Positions 8,198 to 19,099 of a stretch of DNA of 64,000 nucleotides are shown in pieces; the first letter of the stretch is position 1; each line of letters opens with the position of its first letter. Both the position numbers and the translations under genes were made by a program. The notes below the pieces were generated by a model. It was not told where the DNA came from, ran no database searches, and saw only the letters and a list, made by a program, of their open reading frames with translations. The stretch is from positions 192,001-256,000 of the forward strand of contig CAVQUB010000001.1 in NCBI GenBank assembly GCA_963716725.1. The letters are read 5' to 3'. This stretch comes from an uncultured delta proteobacterium (lineage in GTDB: Bacteria; Myxococcota_A; Polyangia; Polyangiales; Polyangiaceae).

Positions 8198-8890
8198 ATG
8201 GCACGGGCTGTCGCATGCGCTCTCGCAGCGGCGTGTTGCGTGTTCTGCTTCAGCAGTCCCGCTGTAGCCCAGGACCGCACCGAGCAGCGCTATCAGTTCA
8301 TCTTGCGAGAGCTGGCGGCGGGGGAGGGCGCCTCGAGCCTTTGGTGGAACGGCTGGGTCGGCGGTTTCGCCGTGGCGACCGCAGGACAGACTGTGCTGGC
8401 GCTCACGCTCAACGATCGGGGGTGGCGCATCGACAACGCGGTGGGTGCCGCGAGCTCGGGGCTCGGCTTGATCGGGACCTTGCTCGAGCCGCGCACGCCC
8501 GTCACCGCCGCCGCCGACCTCAGAGTCATGGAGGCGAGCACTCCGAAGGAGCGAGCGCTGCGCTTGCAACGGGCCGAAGCGCTCCTGTTGCAGTCTGCGC
8601 AGGAAGAGATCGACGGCCGCTCCTGGTTTCCCCACGTCGCCGGCGCCGCGACGACCGTCGCCGCGTCGGCGGTGCTCTGGTACGGATACGATCGCTACGA
8701 GTCGGGCTGGATCAACATCATCGGCGGAGTGCTGGTGACCGAGCTCCAGATCGCGACGCGACCGACCGCCGCGATAGGTTCGTACCGGGCGTACTACGAT
8801 CGGTACGGGACACGCCGGCAGAGCCTCGCGCCGCGGCGCTGGTGGATCACGGCGCAAGGGCTCGGGCTCGGCGTGGCCGGCGAGCTCTGA
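8198..8890 (+). CDS. Exported/membrane hypothetical protein
   Basis: Signal peptide-like N-terminus, several hydrophobic segments, host-like codon usage. Confidence 0.7.
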   Translation: MARAVACALAAACCVFCFSSPAVAQDRTEQRYQFILRELAAGEGASSLWWNGWVGGFAVATAGQTVLALTLNDRGWRIDNAVGAASSGLGLIGTLLEPRTPVTAAADLRVMEASTPKERALRLQRAEALLLQSAQEEIDGRSWFPHVAGAATTVAASAVLWYGYDRYESGWINIIGGVLVTELQIATRPTAAIGSYRAYYDRYGTRRQSLAPRRWWITAQGLGLGVAGEL

Positions 8891-8896
8891 GCGCCG

Positions 8897-10966
8897 TCAA
8901 GCCTCTGCGCGGGGAAGTCGGACCTCGAAGACCGCGCCGCTCTCGCTGGGGAGCAGCTGCAGCTCGCCGCCGCAGCGTGTCACGATTTCGTGGGAGACCG
9001 AGAGACCAAGGCCGGTGCCTTCGCCCGGCTCGCGCGTCGTGAAGAAGGGCTCGAAGATCCGCTCGCGAAGCTCAGGTGGCACGCCGGGACCGGTGTCTGC
9101 GAAGCGGATCCACACGCTCGCTGTATCCGAGCCGGTCGACACGGTCAGCGTGCCTCCGCCGTCGTGCATGGCTCGGCACGCGTTGACGACCAAGTTGAGG
9201 AAGACCTGCCCGAGCTCGCCGGGACGACTGACGCAGGGTGGGATCGGATCGATCGTCTCGACGAGCTGCACCCGAGATCGCTCGAACTCGTCGGTCGCGA
9301 GGACGAGAACCGCTCGCAGCTCCCGAGTGAGGTCGGTGGCGGCTGGCTCGGACAGCCCGGACTTCACGAACGACTGCAGGTTCGAGACGATGGACCCGAT
9401 GCGCTGGGTTCCAGCGTCGACCAGATCAAGGGCGGTCGATGCGGTGGCGCAGGCTTGGCTTGCGCGAGCGACCTCGTCGCAAGACGGCGCGTCGCAATTG
9501 TCACGCAGGGAAGCTACGAAGCGCGACACCGTGCCCAGCTCGTCGCGGAGCTTTGCGGCGCCGCCAGCGCTGAAATTCAGGGGGTTATTGACCTCGTGGG
9601 CGACCCCTGCGACCAGCCGGCCGAGGGAGGCCAGGCGTTCCTTCCGGGCGAGCTCGATCTGTGCGGACTCGAGCTCGTCGAGCGCGACGCTCAGCTCTTC
9701 CGTGCGCTCGGCGACGCGTTGCTCCAACGTTTCGCTGTAGGCCCTTCGGCTCTCCGCCAGCGCGGCGGTGGCGCGCTCTTTGTCGCGCTGAGCGACGTTG
9801 ATGCGATTGGCGAGCGCAAAGGCCAGCAGCAACGCCTCGGCGCCGGAGCCGATGCGCAGGTGGAGAGTCTGGAGTTCCGGACGATCGAGCACCCCGGCGG
9901 TGGTCAGCGTGTCGAGCACCGTGAATACGCCCATGAACACGAAAGCAATCGCGAGGAAACGAGCGTTGGGGATCGCCCGGACCCAGCCGATGACCCCCGT
10001 ACCGATGGTGGCCATCAGCGACACCATGGCGAGGTAGAGGGTCGCTTGCTGCACCCACGTGTGTGAGGTCAGGGCGCCCAGGGGCAGCAGCACGGCGCCC
10101 GTCGCCATCAGCCCCACCAGCAGCCGGTCCAGGCGGGGGAAGTGGCGCGGCACCTCGAGAAACGAACGCGCGAACCAGACGCCGGCAGTGACGGCCGCGG
10201 AGCCGAACACCAGCTCACTCCGAGCGGACCACACCGGACTGTTGGGCCACAGATACTGAAAGGCGTGGCGTTCGAAGATCGCGAGGAGCGCCGCGTAGGA
10301 GATCTGGAAGACGAGGTAGGGCCCGTAGGCGGGCGCACGCGTCGCTATGAAGACGAACGTGTTGTAGAGAATCAGGGCGAGCATCAGGCCGAAGTAGAGG
10401 CCGTCGGCCAGTGCCCCGGTGCGCACGTGCGCGTGAAACGCCGGCTCGGTCCAGAGTTGCGGGCTCAGGTCGAGCGTGTCCGAGGATTGAAGGCGCGCGT
10501 AGTAGACGACCCGCTGCCCCGCTTCGAGCGGCGTTCGGAAGACGAAGTCGGCATCGATCACCTCGCGCGAGCCGAAGGGACTGCGGCTGCCCGTGGAAAC
10601 GTGCCGCACGTTGCCGTTGCGGATTTCGTACAGGTCCAGATGGTCGATGGTTCTGCGCAACTCCACGAGCAGCGCCCGCTTCTCGGTGCCGCGGTTCTCG
10701 GCGCCGAAACGGATCCAGAAGGTGATGGGCGTGTACCCGATGTTCAGTCCGCTGGCGCGTGGCGCGAACCGACTCGGATCTGCCGAGACGTCCTCGAAGC
10801 GCAGGCTGCCCGCAGGATCTTCGAGAACCTCTACCTCCGGGACCAGGCCGGCGACCTCGCCGTCGGGCGGCACGACTGCGGGCGCGGAGGTTGCCGGGGG
10901 CGTGAGCAGCGTCAGGGCGGCGAAGGCGAGGGCGCCGAGCAGAGCGCGAGTGTGAGCCGCGCGCAT
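8897..10966 (-). CDS. 7TM-DISM sensor histidine kinase
   Basis: Periplasmic DISM-like domain (LEDP..L, LNIGYT..FW), about 7 TM segments, GVAHEVNNPL H-box, NLVVNA, DTGPG, FFTT, GTGLGL. Confidence 0.92.
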   Translation of the reverse strand: MRAAHTRALLGALAFAALTLLTPPATSAPAVVPPDGEVAGLVPEVEVLEDPAGSLRFEDVSADPSRFAPRASGLNIGYTPITFWIRFGAENRGTEKRALLVELRRTIDHLDLYEIRNGNVRHVSTGSRSPFGSREVIDADFVFRTPLEAGQRVVYYARLQSSDTLDLSPQLWTEPAFHAHVRTGALADGLYFGLMLALILYNTFVFIATRAPAYGPYLVFQISYAALLAIFERHAFQYLWPNSPVWSARSELVFGSAAVTAGVWFARSFLEVPRHFPRLDRLLVGLMATGAVLLPLGALTSHTWVQQATLYLAMVSLMATIGTGVIGWVRAIPNARFLAIAFVFMGVFTVLDTLTTAGVLDRPELQTLHLRIGSGAEALLLAFALANRINVAQRDKERATAALAESRRAYSETLEQRVAERTEELSVALDELESAQIELARKERLASLGRLVAGVAHEVNNPLNFSAGGAAKLRDELGTVSRFVASLRDNCDAPSCDEVARASQACATASTALDLVDAGTQRIGSIVSNLQSFVKSGLSEPAATDLTRELRAVLVLATDEFERSRVQLVETIDPIPPCVSRPGELGQVFLNLVVNACRAMHDGGGTLTVSTGSDTASVWIRFADTGPGVPPELRERIFEPFFTTREPGEGTGLGLSVSHEIVTRCGGELQLLPSESGAVFEVRLPRAEA

Positions 10967-10970
10967 CGGA

Positions 10971-12347
<1,377 letters not shown>

Positions 12348-12479
12348 CCCCGATGGCCGCGGCGACCGTATCAGGTCGCAACCGGACTAGCCGACGACAT
12401 CCGTCATTTCCCGTCGGTCACCTCTCGACGGATCTCGCCGGTCGGTGCCGGATCGCCGGGATTGCTACCGGCTCTCGGC

Positions 12480-12495
12480 CGGCACGGCGGTTGCC
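12480..12495 (+). promoter_or_regulatory. Putative sigma-54 (-24/-12) promoter
   Basis: CGGCACG-GCGG-TTGC with exact GG-N10-GC spacing, upstream of the LuxR gene and divergent from the sigma-54 activator. Confidence 0.65.
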
Positions 12496-12508
12496 ATGAC
12501 GGGGCAGA

Positions 12509-13102
12509 ATGGAACCTCAGGAAGTCGAGCTTTCGGCCCTCGGGACCCGACTGGTGAGCGGAGAGGTCCGGGTGGTTAAGCGGTCGGAGCGCGCGGACGG
12601 GTCGTGCGCGCTGCAGCTCACCTCGCCCGGGATGGCTCCCTCGCTGCGGCAGGAGTTGGCGCTGCGCCTCGCTGCCCACGGCCGCAGCTCGAAGCAGATT
12701 GCGGCCGACCTCCGGGTGTGCCTCTCGACGGTGTTCGCCGATCTGGGCGCGGGCCTCGATCGAATGGGGCTGATGCGGCACGAGATCGCTCTGCTCCACG
12801 AGGCCGACCGCTGCGACGGGTGTTCGGACGGTGGCGCGACCGTGTATTGGATGCCATTGGCAGCCCGGCTTCCGGAGGGACTGTCCCCAACGGAACGCGA
12901 GATCGCCAAGGCGATCCTGGAGGGCCTCTCCAACCGGGAGATCTCCGAGGCCCGGGGGCGCTCCCTCAACACAGTGGCCAATCAGGTCGCGTCGGTGTTC
13001 CGTCGGCTGGGGATCAGCTCTCGCGCCGAGTTGTTCGCCGGAGTTTGGCTGAGTGCGGTTGCGCCGCCGCCCTGCAACGGCCAAATCTCGCTCGCGTCCT
13101 GA
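12509..13102 (+). CDS. LuxR-type regulator with two HTH-like segments
   Basis: GRSSKQIAADL..TV and LSPTEREIAKAILEGLSNREISEARGRSLNTVANQVASVFRRLG. Confidence 0.8.
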   Translation: MEPQEVELSALGTRLVSGEVRVVKRSERADGSCALQLTSPGMAPSLRQELALRLAAHGRSSKQIAADLRVCLSTVFADLGAGLDRMGLMRHEIALLHEADRCDGCSDGGATVYWMPLAARLPEGLSPTEREIAKAILEGLSNREISEARGRSLNTVANQVASVFRRLGISSRAELFAGVWLSAVAPPPCNGQISLAS

Positions 13103-13186
13103 GGATGCCGGCTCCGCCCCTTGACCCCGGCCGACCTCCGATCAAATGCTTCGCACGCGAAGTAATTCGCGACGGAGCCAAGACCG

Positions 13187-13669
13187 GTGCGTGCCGCCCC
13201 GAAATCCCCTGCCGCCGAGCAGCCCGAGCTCGACTCCATCGTCGAGGCCATCCTCTACCTCTACACAGAGAGCCGGCGCATCACCAAGGACCTCGCGGCG
13301 CGGCATGGCGTCACCGGACCGCAGCTCGCGGTGGTGAAGATGCTCGAGCCGGTCGGCAAGCTCTCGCTCTCGGAGCTGTCGTGGAGGATCCGCGCCCGCA
13401 ACAGCACCGTGACCGGCATCATCGACCGCATGGAGCGCGAGGGGCTGGTCGAACGCAAGCGCTCCGATGACGACCGGCGCGTGATCCACATCACGCTGAC
13501 CAAGAAAGGGCAGCGTCTCGCCGGCGAGATCCCGGTCGAACCGGTGCAGATCTTCCGGCAGATATTGGGTGAGCTCAGCCCCCGCGACGCCTCCGAGCTC
13601 AGCCGCATCCTGAACCGTCTGGCTCGCCGCGTGCGCGAGCTGGTGCAAGAGAAAGGTGAAGCCGAATGA
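13187..13669 (+). CDS. MarR family transcriptional regulator
   Basis: GVTGPQL, STVTGIIDRMEREGLVER..DDRR...LT.KG. Confidence 0.92.
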   Translation: MRAAPKSPAAEQPELDSIVEAILYLYTESRRITKDLAARHGVTGPQLAVVKMLEPVGKLSLSELSWRIRARNSTVTGIIDRMEREGLVERKRSDDDRRVIHITLTKKGQRLAGEIPVEPVQIFRQILGELSPRDASELSRILNRLARRVRELVQEKGEAE

Positions 13670-14550
13670 TCAGCGACTCCAAGCCCACTCGTGATCCCGA
13701 CGTCTGCGTGGTGACCTGCGCGCTGACCGGCGTGCTCGCGAACCGCAAGCAGTGCCCCGGCATCCCCTACACGCCCGCCGAGATCGGCGAGGAGGCCCGA
13801 CGGGCCCACGAGGCCGGGGCGTCGGTGGTGCACATCCACGCGCGCAACGATGACGGCTCGCCGACCTTCAGCCCGGCGGTCTTCGCCAAGATCCGCGAGG
13901 AGGTGCGGGCTCGCAGCCCCGTCATCCTCAACTACTCGACGGGGACCATGAGCGACGACGTGACCGAGCAGAGCACGTACATCCGGGAGACTCGGCCCGA
14001 GATCGCCGCGCTCAACATGGGCACCATGAACTACTCGAAGTACTCCGGAAAGCGGAAGGAGTTCGTGTTCGACATGGTGTTTCCGAACACGTACGCCAAG
14101 ATCATCAGCCTGCTTTCGGCGATGAACGAAGCCGGCGTCAAGCCCGAGCTCGAGTGTTTCGACAGCGGGCACACCCACGGCGTTTGGCCGTTGGTGGACA
14201 TGGGCGTCTTGAAGCCGCCGCTCCAGTATTCGTTCATCGTGAACGTGCTGGGCGGGATCCCTCCACGGGTCGAGTCGCTGCAGCTGCAGGCGCAGCTGGC
14301 GGTGCCCGGCAGTGAATGGGAGGTGATCGGTATCAGCCACGGCCACTGGAAGATGCTGGCGGCGGCGTTGGTTTTGGGCGGCAACATCCGCACGGGACTC
14401 GAGGATCACCTGTACCTGCCCAGCGGCGAGATGGCGAAGTCGAACGGCGAGATGGTCGAGACCGCCGTCGGGCTCGTGCGCACCGTCGGCCGACGCCCGG
14501 CGACGGTGGAAGAAGCGCGACAGATCCTGAGCCTGTCCCGGGTGTCGTGA
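13666..14550 (+). CDS. Beta-keto acid cleavage enzyme (BKACE/Kce, DUF849) family
   Basis: TCALTG, PYTPAEI, VHIHAR, GVKPELECFD, GGNIRTGLED. Confidence 0.9.
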   Translation: MISDSKPTRDPDVCVVTCALTGVLANRKQCPGIPYTPAEIGEEARRAHEAGASVVHIHARNDDGSPTFSPAVFAKIREEVRARSPVILNYSTGTMSDDVTEQSTYIRETRPEIAALNMGTMNYSKYSGKRKEFVFDMVFPNTYAKIISLLSAMNEAGVKPELECFDSGHTHGVWPLVDMGVLKPPLQYSFIVNVLGGIPPRVESLQLQAQLAVPGSEWEVIGISHGHWKMLAAALVLGGNIRTGLEDHLYLPSGEMAKSNGEMVETAVGLVRTVGRRPATVEEARQILSLSRVS

Positions 14551-15335
14551 TGCAGGTGCGCGAGTACCGGACGTTGATCGTCGAGTCTGAGGCCGGCGTG
14601 GTTCGGATCACGCTGAACCGTCCGGAGCGGCGCAATGCCATCGGAACTCAGATGGTGAACGAGCTGCTGTGGGCTCTGGACGACGCGCGTGACGACGAGT
14701 CCGTGCGCAGCGTGGTGATCACCGGCGCCGGCAACTCGTTCTGCGCCGGCGGCGACTTTCAGCAAATGACCGCTGGCACCGATGCGAACGAACTGCCGTT
14801 CAAAGGCGACTACAAGGATCTGCTATTGCGGCTCTGGCGCGGCGAGAAACCCGTGATCGCTCGGGTCAACGGTCACGCCATGGGGGGCGGACTCGGGTTG
14901 GTCGCGGCCTGCACCTTCGCCGTCGCGGCCGACGACGCCAAGCTGGGCACGCCGGAGATCAAGGTCGGCCTCTTCCCCTTCATGATCATGGCGCTGCTCG
15001 AGCGTCTGATGGGGCGGCGTGCGCTGGTGGAGATGATGCTGAGCGGGCGGCACCTCAGTGGCGAGGAGGCCGCGCGGCTGGGCTTGGTGAACAAGGCCGT
15101 GCCTGCGGAGTCCCTCGATGCCGCGGTGGGTGAGTACACCACGATGATCGCTGGCAAGAGCCCGAGCACCGTGCGACTCGGCCTTCAGGCGCTGCGGGAC
15201 ACGGAAGAGCTCGGGCTCGACGAGAAGCTGCCGATCCTCGAGCAGCGCCTGCACCAGTGTCTGGCCACCGACGACGCGCGCGAAGGCCTGATGGCGTTCT
15301 TGGAGAAGCGCGACCCGAGGTGGATCGGGACCTGA
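14550..15335 (+). CDS. Enoyl-CoA hydratase/isomerase
   Basis: TLNRPERRNA, FCAGGD, GHAMGGGLGL, TPEIKVGLFP, EGLMAFLEKRDP. ATG overlaps the previous stop. Confidence 0.92.
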   Translation: MQVREYRTLIVESEAGVVRITLNRPERRNAIGTQMVNELLWALDDARDDESVRSVVITGAGNSFCAGGDFQQMTAGTDANELPFKGDYKDLLLRLWRGEKPVIARVNGHAMGGGLGLVAACTFAVAADDAKLGTPEIKVGLFPFMIMALLERLMGRRALVEMMLSGRHLSGEEAARLGLVNKAVPAESLDAAVGEYTTMIAGKSPSTVRLGLQALRDTEELGLDEKLPILEQRLHQCLATDDAREGLMAFLEKRDPRWIGT

Positions 15336-15342
15336 TCGTGGT

Positions 15343-16683
15343 ATGGGGCGGACCATGTCGAGACTCGGCGCCACCCCTGCCGCCCTCTTGGTTGTGTTCG
15401 TTGGCTGCGGGCCTGGGACCCGTCCGACGGCGCGCGCTCCCGAGTTTGCTCCGGCCGATCAAGCCAAGTGTCGGGTGAACAAGAGCTCCGACCGACCGCT
15501 GATCATCGAGTGGCCGTCGTCGGATCGCGCCGCCCTCGAGTCGACGGCCAAGCGCGGGCTGGTGGTCGTGCGCTACTCGGGCTGCGAGATGGAAGTGCTG
15601 CCTCGCTGTCAGCTCGGCGGGTCGTATCGCTACACCGCGACCACGCACAAGCTCGAGAAGGTGTCGATCCGCGACGCGGACGAGCTCTACGCTCAGGTCC
15701 CGGTGGGCGCGGCCAAGCTCGAGGGCAAGCTCGAGAAGGCGGGTGAGCTCAACGTCGCGATGCATGTGGTCGGCCGCTACGACGCCATCGAGCCGGAGAA
15801 ACCCGAGCTGCAAGGCGCCTGCGATGGCGCCACCCACCTGGTCACCGCCATGACCTCCGGCGCCTTCGAGTTCTTCGCTGGGGCAGAAGCGGCGGCGGGC
15901 GGCGGTGCGTCGGTGTTCGGAGCCGGAGCAGGTGCGAGGAGCGCTACCAAGAGCGAGCTGTTGAGCAAAGACGGCGATGTCGAGGCGTGTGCGGGTTCCT
16001 CTCCCAGCACGGAGTCACCGCCGGCTGGCTGCGGAGCGATCCTCCGGCTCGAGGTGTCGGATCTGGCGAGCCTGGCAAAGCTCGCGAAATCAGCGCCGAT
16101 GCCAGAAACCGAGAAGGTCGGCGGCCTGGGCGTGGCGGGGACTTCGGGCGCGTTGATCAAGACCGGGCCGGGCGTGGTGCGCATGCGCATCGAGAGCCCC
16201 GAGCCCAACCTGGAGCTGCACGGCCTGGGCGCGCAGCGACTGGACAAGGTCCCCGGCGGCTACGTCGGACAAGGCCCGAGCACGCTGCTCTGTCGCGCGC
16301 CCTGCGACACCGTCATCGACGCGCGGCTGGGTCAGCCGCTCAAGATCTCGGGGGCGGACATCCCCGACTCGGCGCCGTTTCAGGTCTTCGACAAGGAGGG
16401 CGAGGTGACGGCGCGGGTTCGCCCTGGCAGTCAGGGCAAGCTGACCTGGTCGGCCATCACCGGTTCGATCGGGATCCTGGGAGCGATCACCGGCGGCAGC
16501 CTGCTGCTCACCGGCGTCTTGGTCAACTCCGGGGACTCGGAGTCGACGACCGGCGACAGCCTCACCAAGTGGGGCGGCATCACCCTGGGCGTGGGCGTGG
16601 CGCTGACCGTCACCGGCGTCGTGCTCTACAACTCGGGCACCACCGACGTCACGCTCGAGGGCGGCGGCGGGCGCCAGCGCTGA
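15343..16683 (+). CDS. Hypothetical lipoprotein with C-terminal hydrophobic helices
   Basis: Lipobox FVGC, Cys-containing N-terminal domain, two C-terminal TM-like segments. Confidence 0.75.
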   Translation: MGRTMSRLGATPAALLVVFVGCGPGTRPTARAPEFAPADQAKCRVNKSSDRPLIIEWPSSDRAALESTAKRGLVVVRYSGCEMEVLPRCQLGGSYRYTATTHKLEKVSIRDADELYAQVPVGAAKLEGKLEKAGELNVAMHVVGRYDAIEPEKPELQGACDGATHLVTAMTSGAFEFFAGAEAAAGGGASVFGAGAGARSATKSELLSKDGDVEACAGSSPSTESPPAGCGAILRLEVSDLASLAKLAKSAPMPETEKVGGLGVAGTSGALIKTGPGVVRMRIESPEPNLELHGLGAQRLDKVPGGYVGQGPSTLLCRAPCDTVIDARLGQPLKISGADIPDSAPFQVFDKEGEVTARVRPGSQGKLTWSAITGSIGILGAITGGSLLLTGVLVNSGDSESTTGDSLTKWGGITLGVGVALTVTGVVLYNSGTTDVTLEGGGGRQR

Positions 16684-16726
16684 GAACGAGCTTTTCGCCG
16701 GCAGCGCCCGGCGCGACACTCGCCCC

Positions 16727-18290
16727 ATGAACATGAGAGACCGGGTCGCCGAGCTGGAGGCGCGTCGCGCGAAGATCCGCGAGATGGGCGGCGTCGAGCG
16801 CATCGCTCGGCAGCACGAGCGCGGCAAGCTCACGGCTCGCGAACGCATGAGCGCGCTGTTCGACGAGGGGCAGTGGTTCGAGGTCGGCATGCACGGCCGT
16901 CAGATGGGCGCCGCGGGCGAACGCGGCGACACGCCGGCGGACGGCGTGATCTGTGGCTTCGGCAAGGTCGATGGCCGCATGGTCTGCGCGGCGGCCTACG
17001 ACTTCACGGTGAAGGGCGGCAGCATTGGGCAGACCGGCGAAGAGAAGGTGACGCGGTTGCGAAAGATGGCGCTCACCGGACGCTGGCCCATGGTCTGGCT
17101 GATCGACTCGGCAGGCGCCCGCATCGATCCCGGCAGCGGGCATCATCCCGACGAGCTGAGCACCTTCGCCGGATCGGGGCACTTGTTCCGTGAGCAGGTG
17201 ATCATGAGCGGTGTCGTGCCTCAGATCGCCGCCATGGTCGGGCCCGGCGCCGCGGGCACGGCCTACATTCCAGGCCTGGCGGACTTCGTGCCGATGGTGA
17301 AGGGCGTGGGCACGCTGGCGCTCGCCGGGCCGCCGCTGGTCAAGGCCGTCACCGGGCAAGACATCGACGAGCAGTCGTTGGGCGGCAGCAAGGTGCACTG
17401 CGAGCTGAGCGGGGTGGGCGACGCCGAGGTCGCCGATGACGCTGCCTGCATCGCCATGGTGAAGCAGTACCTGTCGTACATGCCCTCGAGCGCCGACGGG
17501 TCTCCGCCTCGGATTTCCTGTGACGATCCGATCGATCGCCGGGATGAGAGCCTACTGGATCTGCTGCCCGAGAACCCGCGGCAAGCCTGGGACATGTACG
17601 CGCTTGATCAAGAGCCTGGTCGACCACGGCGAGTTCCTCGACATCAAGCCGAAGTTCGGGCGAAGCATCATCACCTGCCTTGGCCGCATCGACGGGCGGA
17701 GCGTGGGCATCGTGGCCAATCAACCGAAACACCTGGGCGGCATCCTCGAGAACGACAGCGCCGACAAGGCCGCGCGCTTCATCCAGATCTGCGACGCCTT
17801 CAAGATCCCGCTCGTGTTCTTGCAAGACGTGCCCGGGTTCATGGTCGGCTCGAAGGTCGAGCACGCCGGCATCATCCGACACGGCGCCAAGATGCTGCAC
17901 GCCATGAGCGCGGCGACGGTGCCGAAGATCACCGTCATCGTGCGCAAGGCCTACGGCGCGGGCTACTACGTGATGTGCGGCCGCGCCTACGAGCCCGATC
18001 TGATCGTCGCCTGGCCGACGGGTGAAGTGAGCGTGATGGGTGCTGAGGGCATGGTCGGCATCGCGGGCAAGAAGCTCTTCGGTGGCGGCGAGCCGGACCC
18101 CGAAGTGAAGGCGCAGTTGGTCGAACTCATCCAAAAGAACATCGACATCTACAAGGTGGCGGGCTGGGCCTTCGTCGACGACGTGATCGATCCGCGCGAC
18201 ACGCGCCGCGCCGTGGCCTGGGGCCTCGAGCTCTCGGAGCACAAGCGCGTGGAGCGACCGGCGAAGAAGCGGAGCATCCTGCCGGTGTAG
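16727..18290 (+). CDS. Acyl-CoA carboxylase carboxyltransferase subunit (apparent +1 frameshift at about 17604)
   Basis: GKLTARER, ADGVICG, DFTVKGGS, DSAGARI in one frame; DKAARF, QDVPGF, GIIRHGAK, RKAYGAG, DDVIDP in the other. About 520 aa when joined. Confidence 0.9.
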
Positions 18291-18292
18291 TG

Positions 18293-18871
18293 CTAGCAGC
18301 GCGTGCCCGCCCAGCGCTCGAGCTCGCCGAAGGGATCGAAGACGCCCGTCAGCACTCCGCGCCAGGTCCGATCGCCAATGCTGTGGGCGAGCGTCCAGCC
18401 CAGATAGCGTGCCTCGCCCAGCACGAGGCCAGCTGCCGGCGTGTACCAGAGGTCGAGGCCGCTCGGGCGCACCCCGTTGGCCTCGAAGCCGTACTCCCAG
18501 ACCGTACTGCTGATGGCGGTGAAGGCCAGCGCGGGCAGGATCGAGTTCTTGCAAGTCCGCGCGCGCAAGTAGAGTTCGCTTCCGAAGAGCGCGTGTCCGA
18601 TGCCGTTGACCCACCAGGGATCGCCGTCCCACTCGAACGCCGGCTTCGACGAGTCCCATTTTGGCGGCCTGGTGAAGGCGGCCTCGTAGCTTCGTCCCAT
18701 GCGCGACAGATCCGTGTCGGCGAAGGGATCAGGCCAGATCACCGCCTCGGTGAGCCGCATCGTGGTCATCAGGCCGAGCGCGTGCAGCGAAGGGATGCTC
18801 CAGGACGGATCGTCTTCGGGCGGAAGCGCGGCGCTGCCCGTGAGCAGGAGCACCGTCAGCGCTGGGCTCAC
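18293..18871 (-). CDS. DUF3943-like membrane protein
   Basis: WDGDPWWVNGIGH..GSELY..AR, STVWEYGFE, PS..DL..TP..G.VLGE. The GTG start lies within the 65-bp repeat. Confidence 0.72.
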   Translation of the reverse strand: MSPALTVLLLTGSAALPPEDDPSWSIPSLHALGLMTTMRLTEAVIWPDPFADTDLSRMGRSYEAAFTRPPKWDSSKPAFEWDGDPWWVNGIGHALFGSELYLRARTCKNSILPALAFTAISSTVWEYGFEANGVRPSGLDLWYTPAAGLVLGEARYLGWTLAHSIGDRTWRGVLTGVFDPFGELERWAGTRC

Positions 18872-18894
18872 GCGCTCACCGCCACCAGTTCGGC
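18830..18894 (+). repeat. 65-bp direct repeat, copy 1
   Basis: GGCGCTGCCCGTGAGCAGGAGCACC...CACCAGTTCGGC, identical to 20498-20562. Confidence 0.93.
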
Positions 18895-19019
18895 CCGGCA
18901 CCGACCAGCGGCGGTCGCGAAGCGGGCTGTCAGCAGCGCACGCTGTGCGCGGAGGAAGTCCATCGCGCCAATTCTGCGAGATCGCGCTGGGAGGGCGAGC
19001 ACAAACCAAGGCGTTTGTT

Positions 19020-19035
19020 TGGCGCGCCGCGTGCA
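19020..19035 (+). promoter_or_regulatory. Putative sigma-54 promoter overlapped by a 10-bp inverted repeat
   Basis: TGGCGCG-CCGC-GTGCA (GG-N10-GC). IR GTTTGGCGCG/CGCGCCAAAC at 19017-19026 and 19041-19050. Confidence 0.5.
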
Positions 19036-19099
19036 TTCTGCGCGCCAAACCCCGAACCCACAGGTTCGAAACTCAATCGGGGGAGAAGGACACACGAAT

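Noticed and set aside
17590..17615. Programmed ribosomal frameshift in the carboxyltransferase
   Set aside because: No slippery heptamer, and it has the same +1 pattern as three other genes, which suggests sequencing error.
18290..19099. N-terminal 270 aa of the 711-aa ORF
   Set aside because: Antisense to the DUF3943-like gene; the RBS and signal peptide point to ATG 19100.
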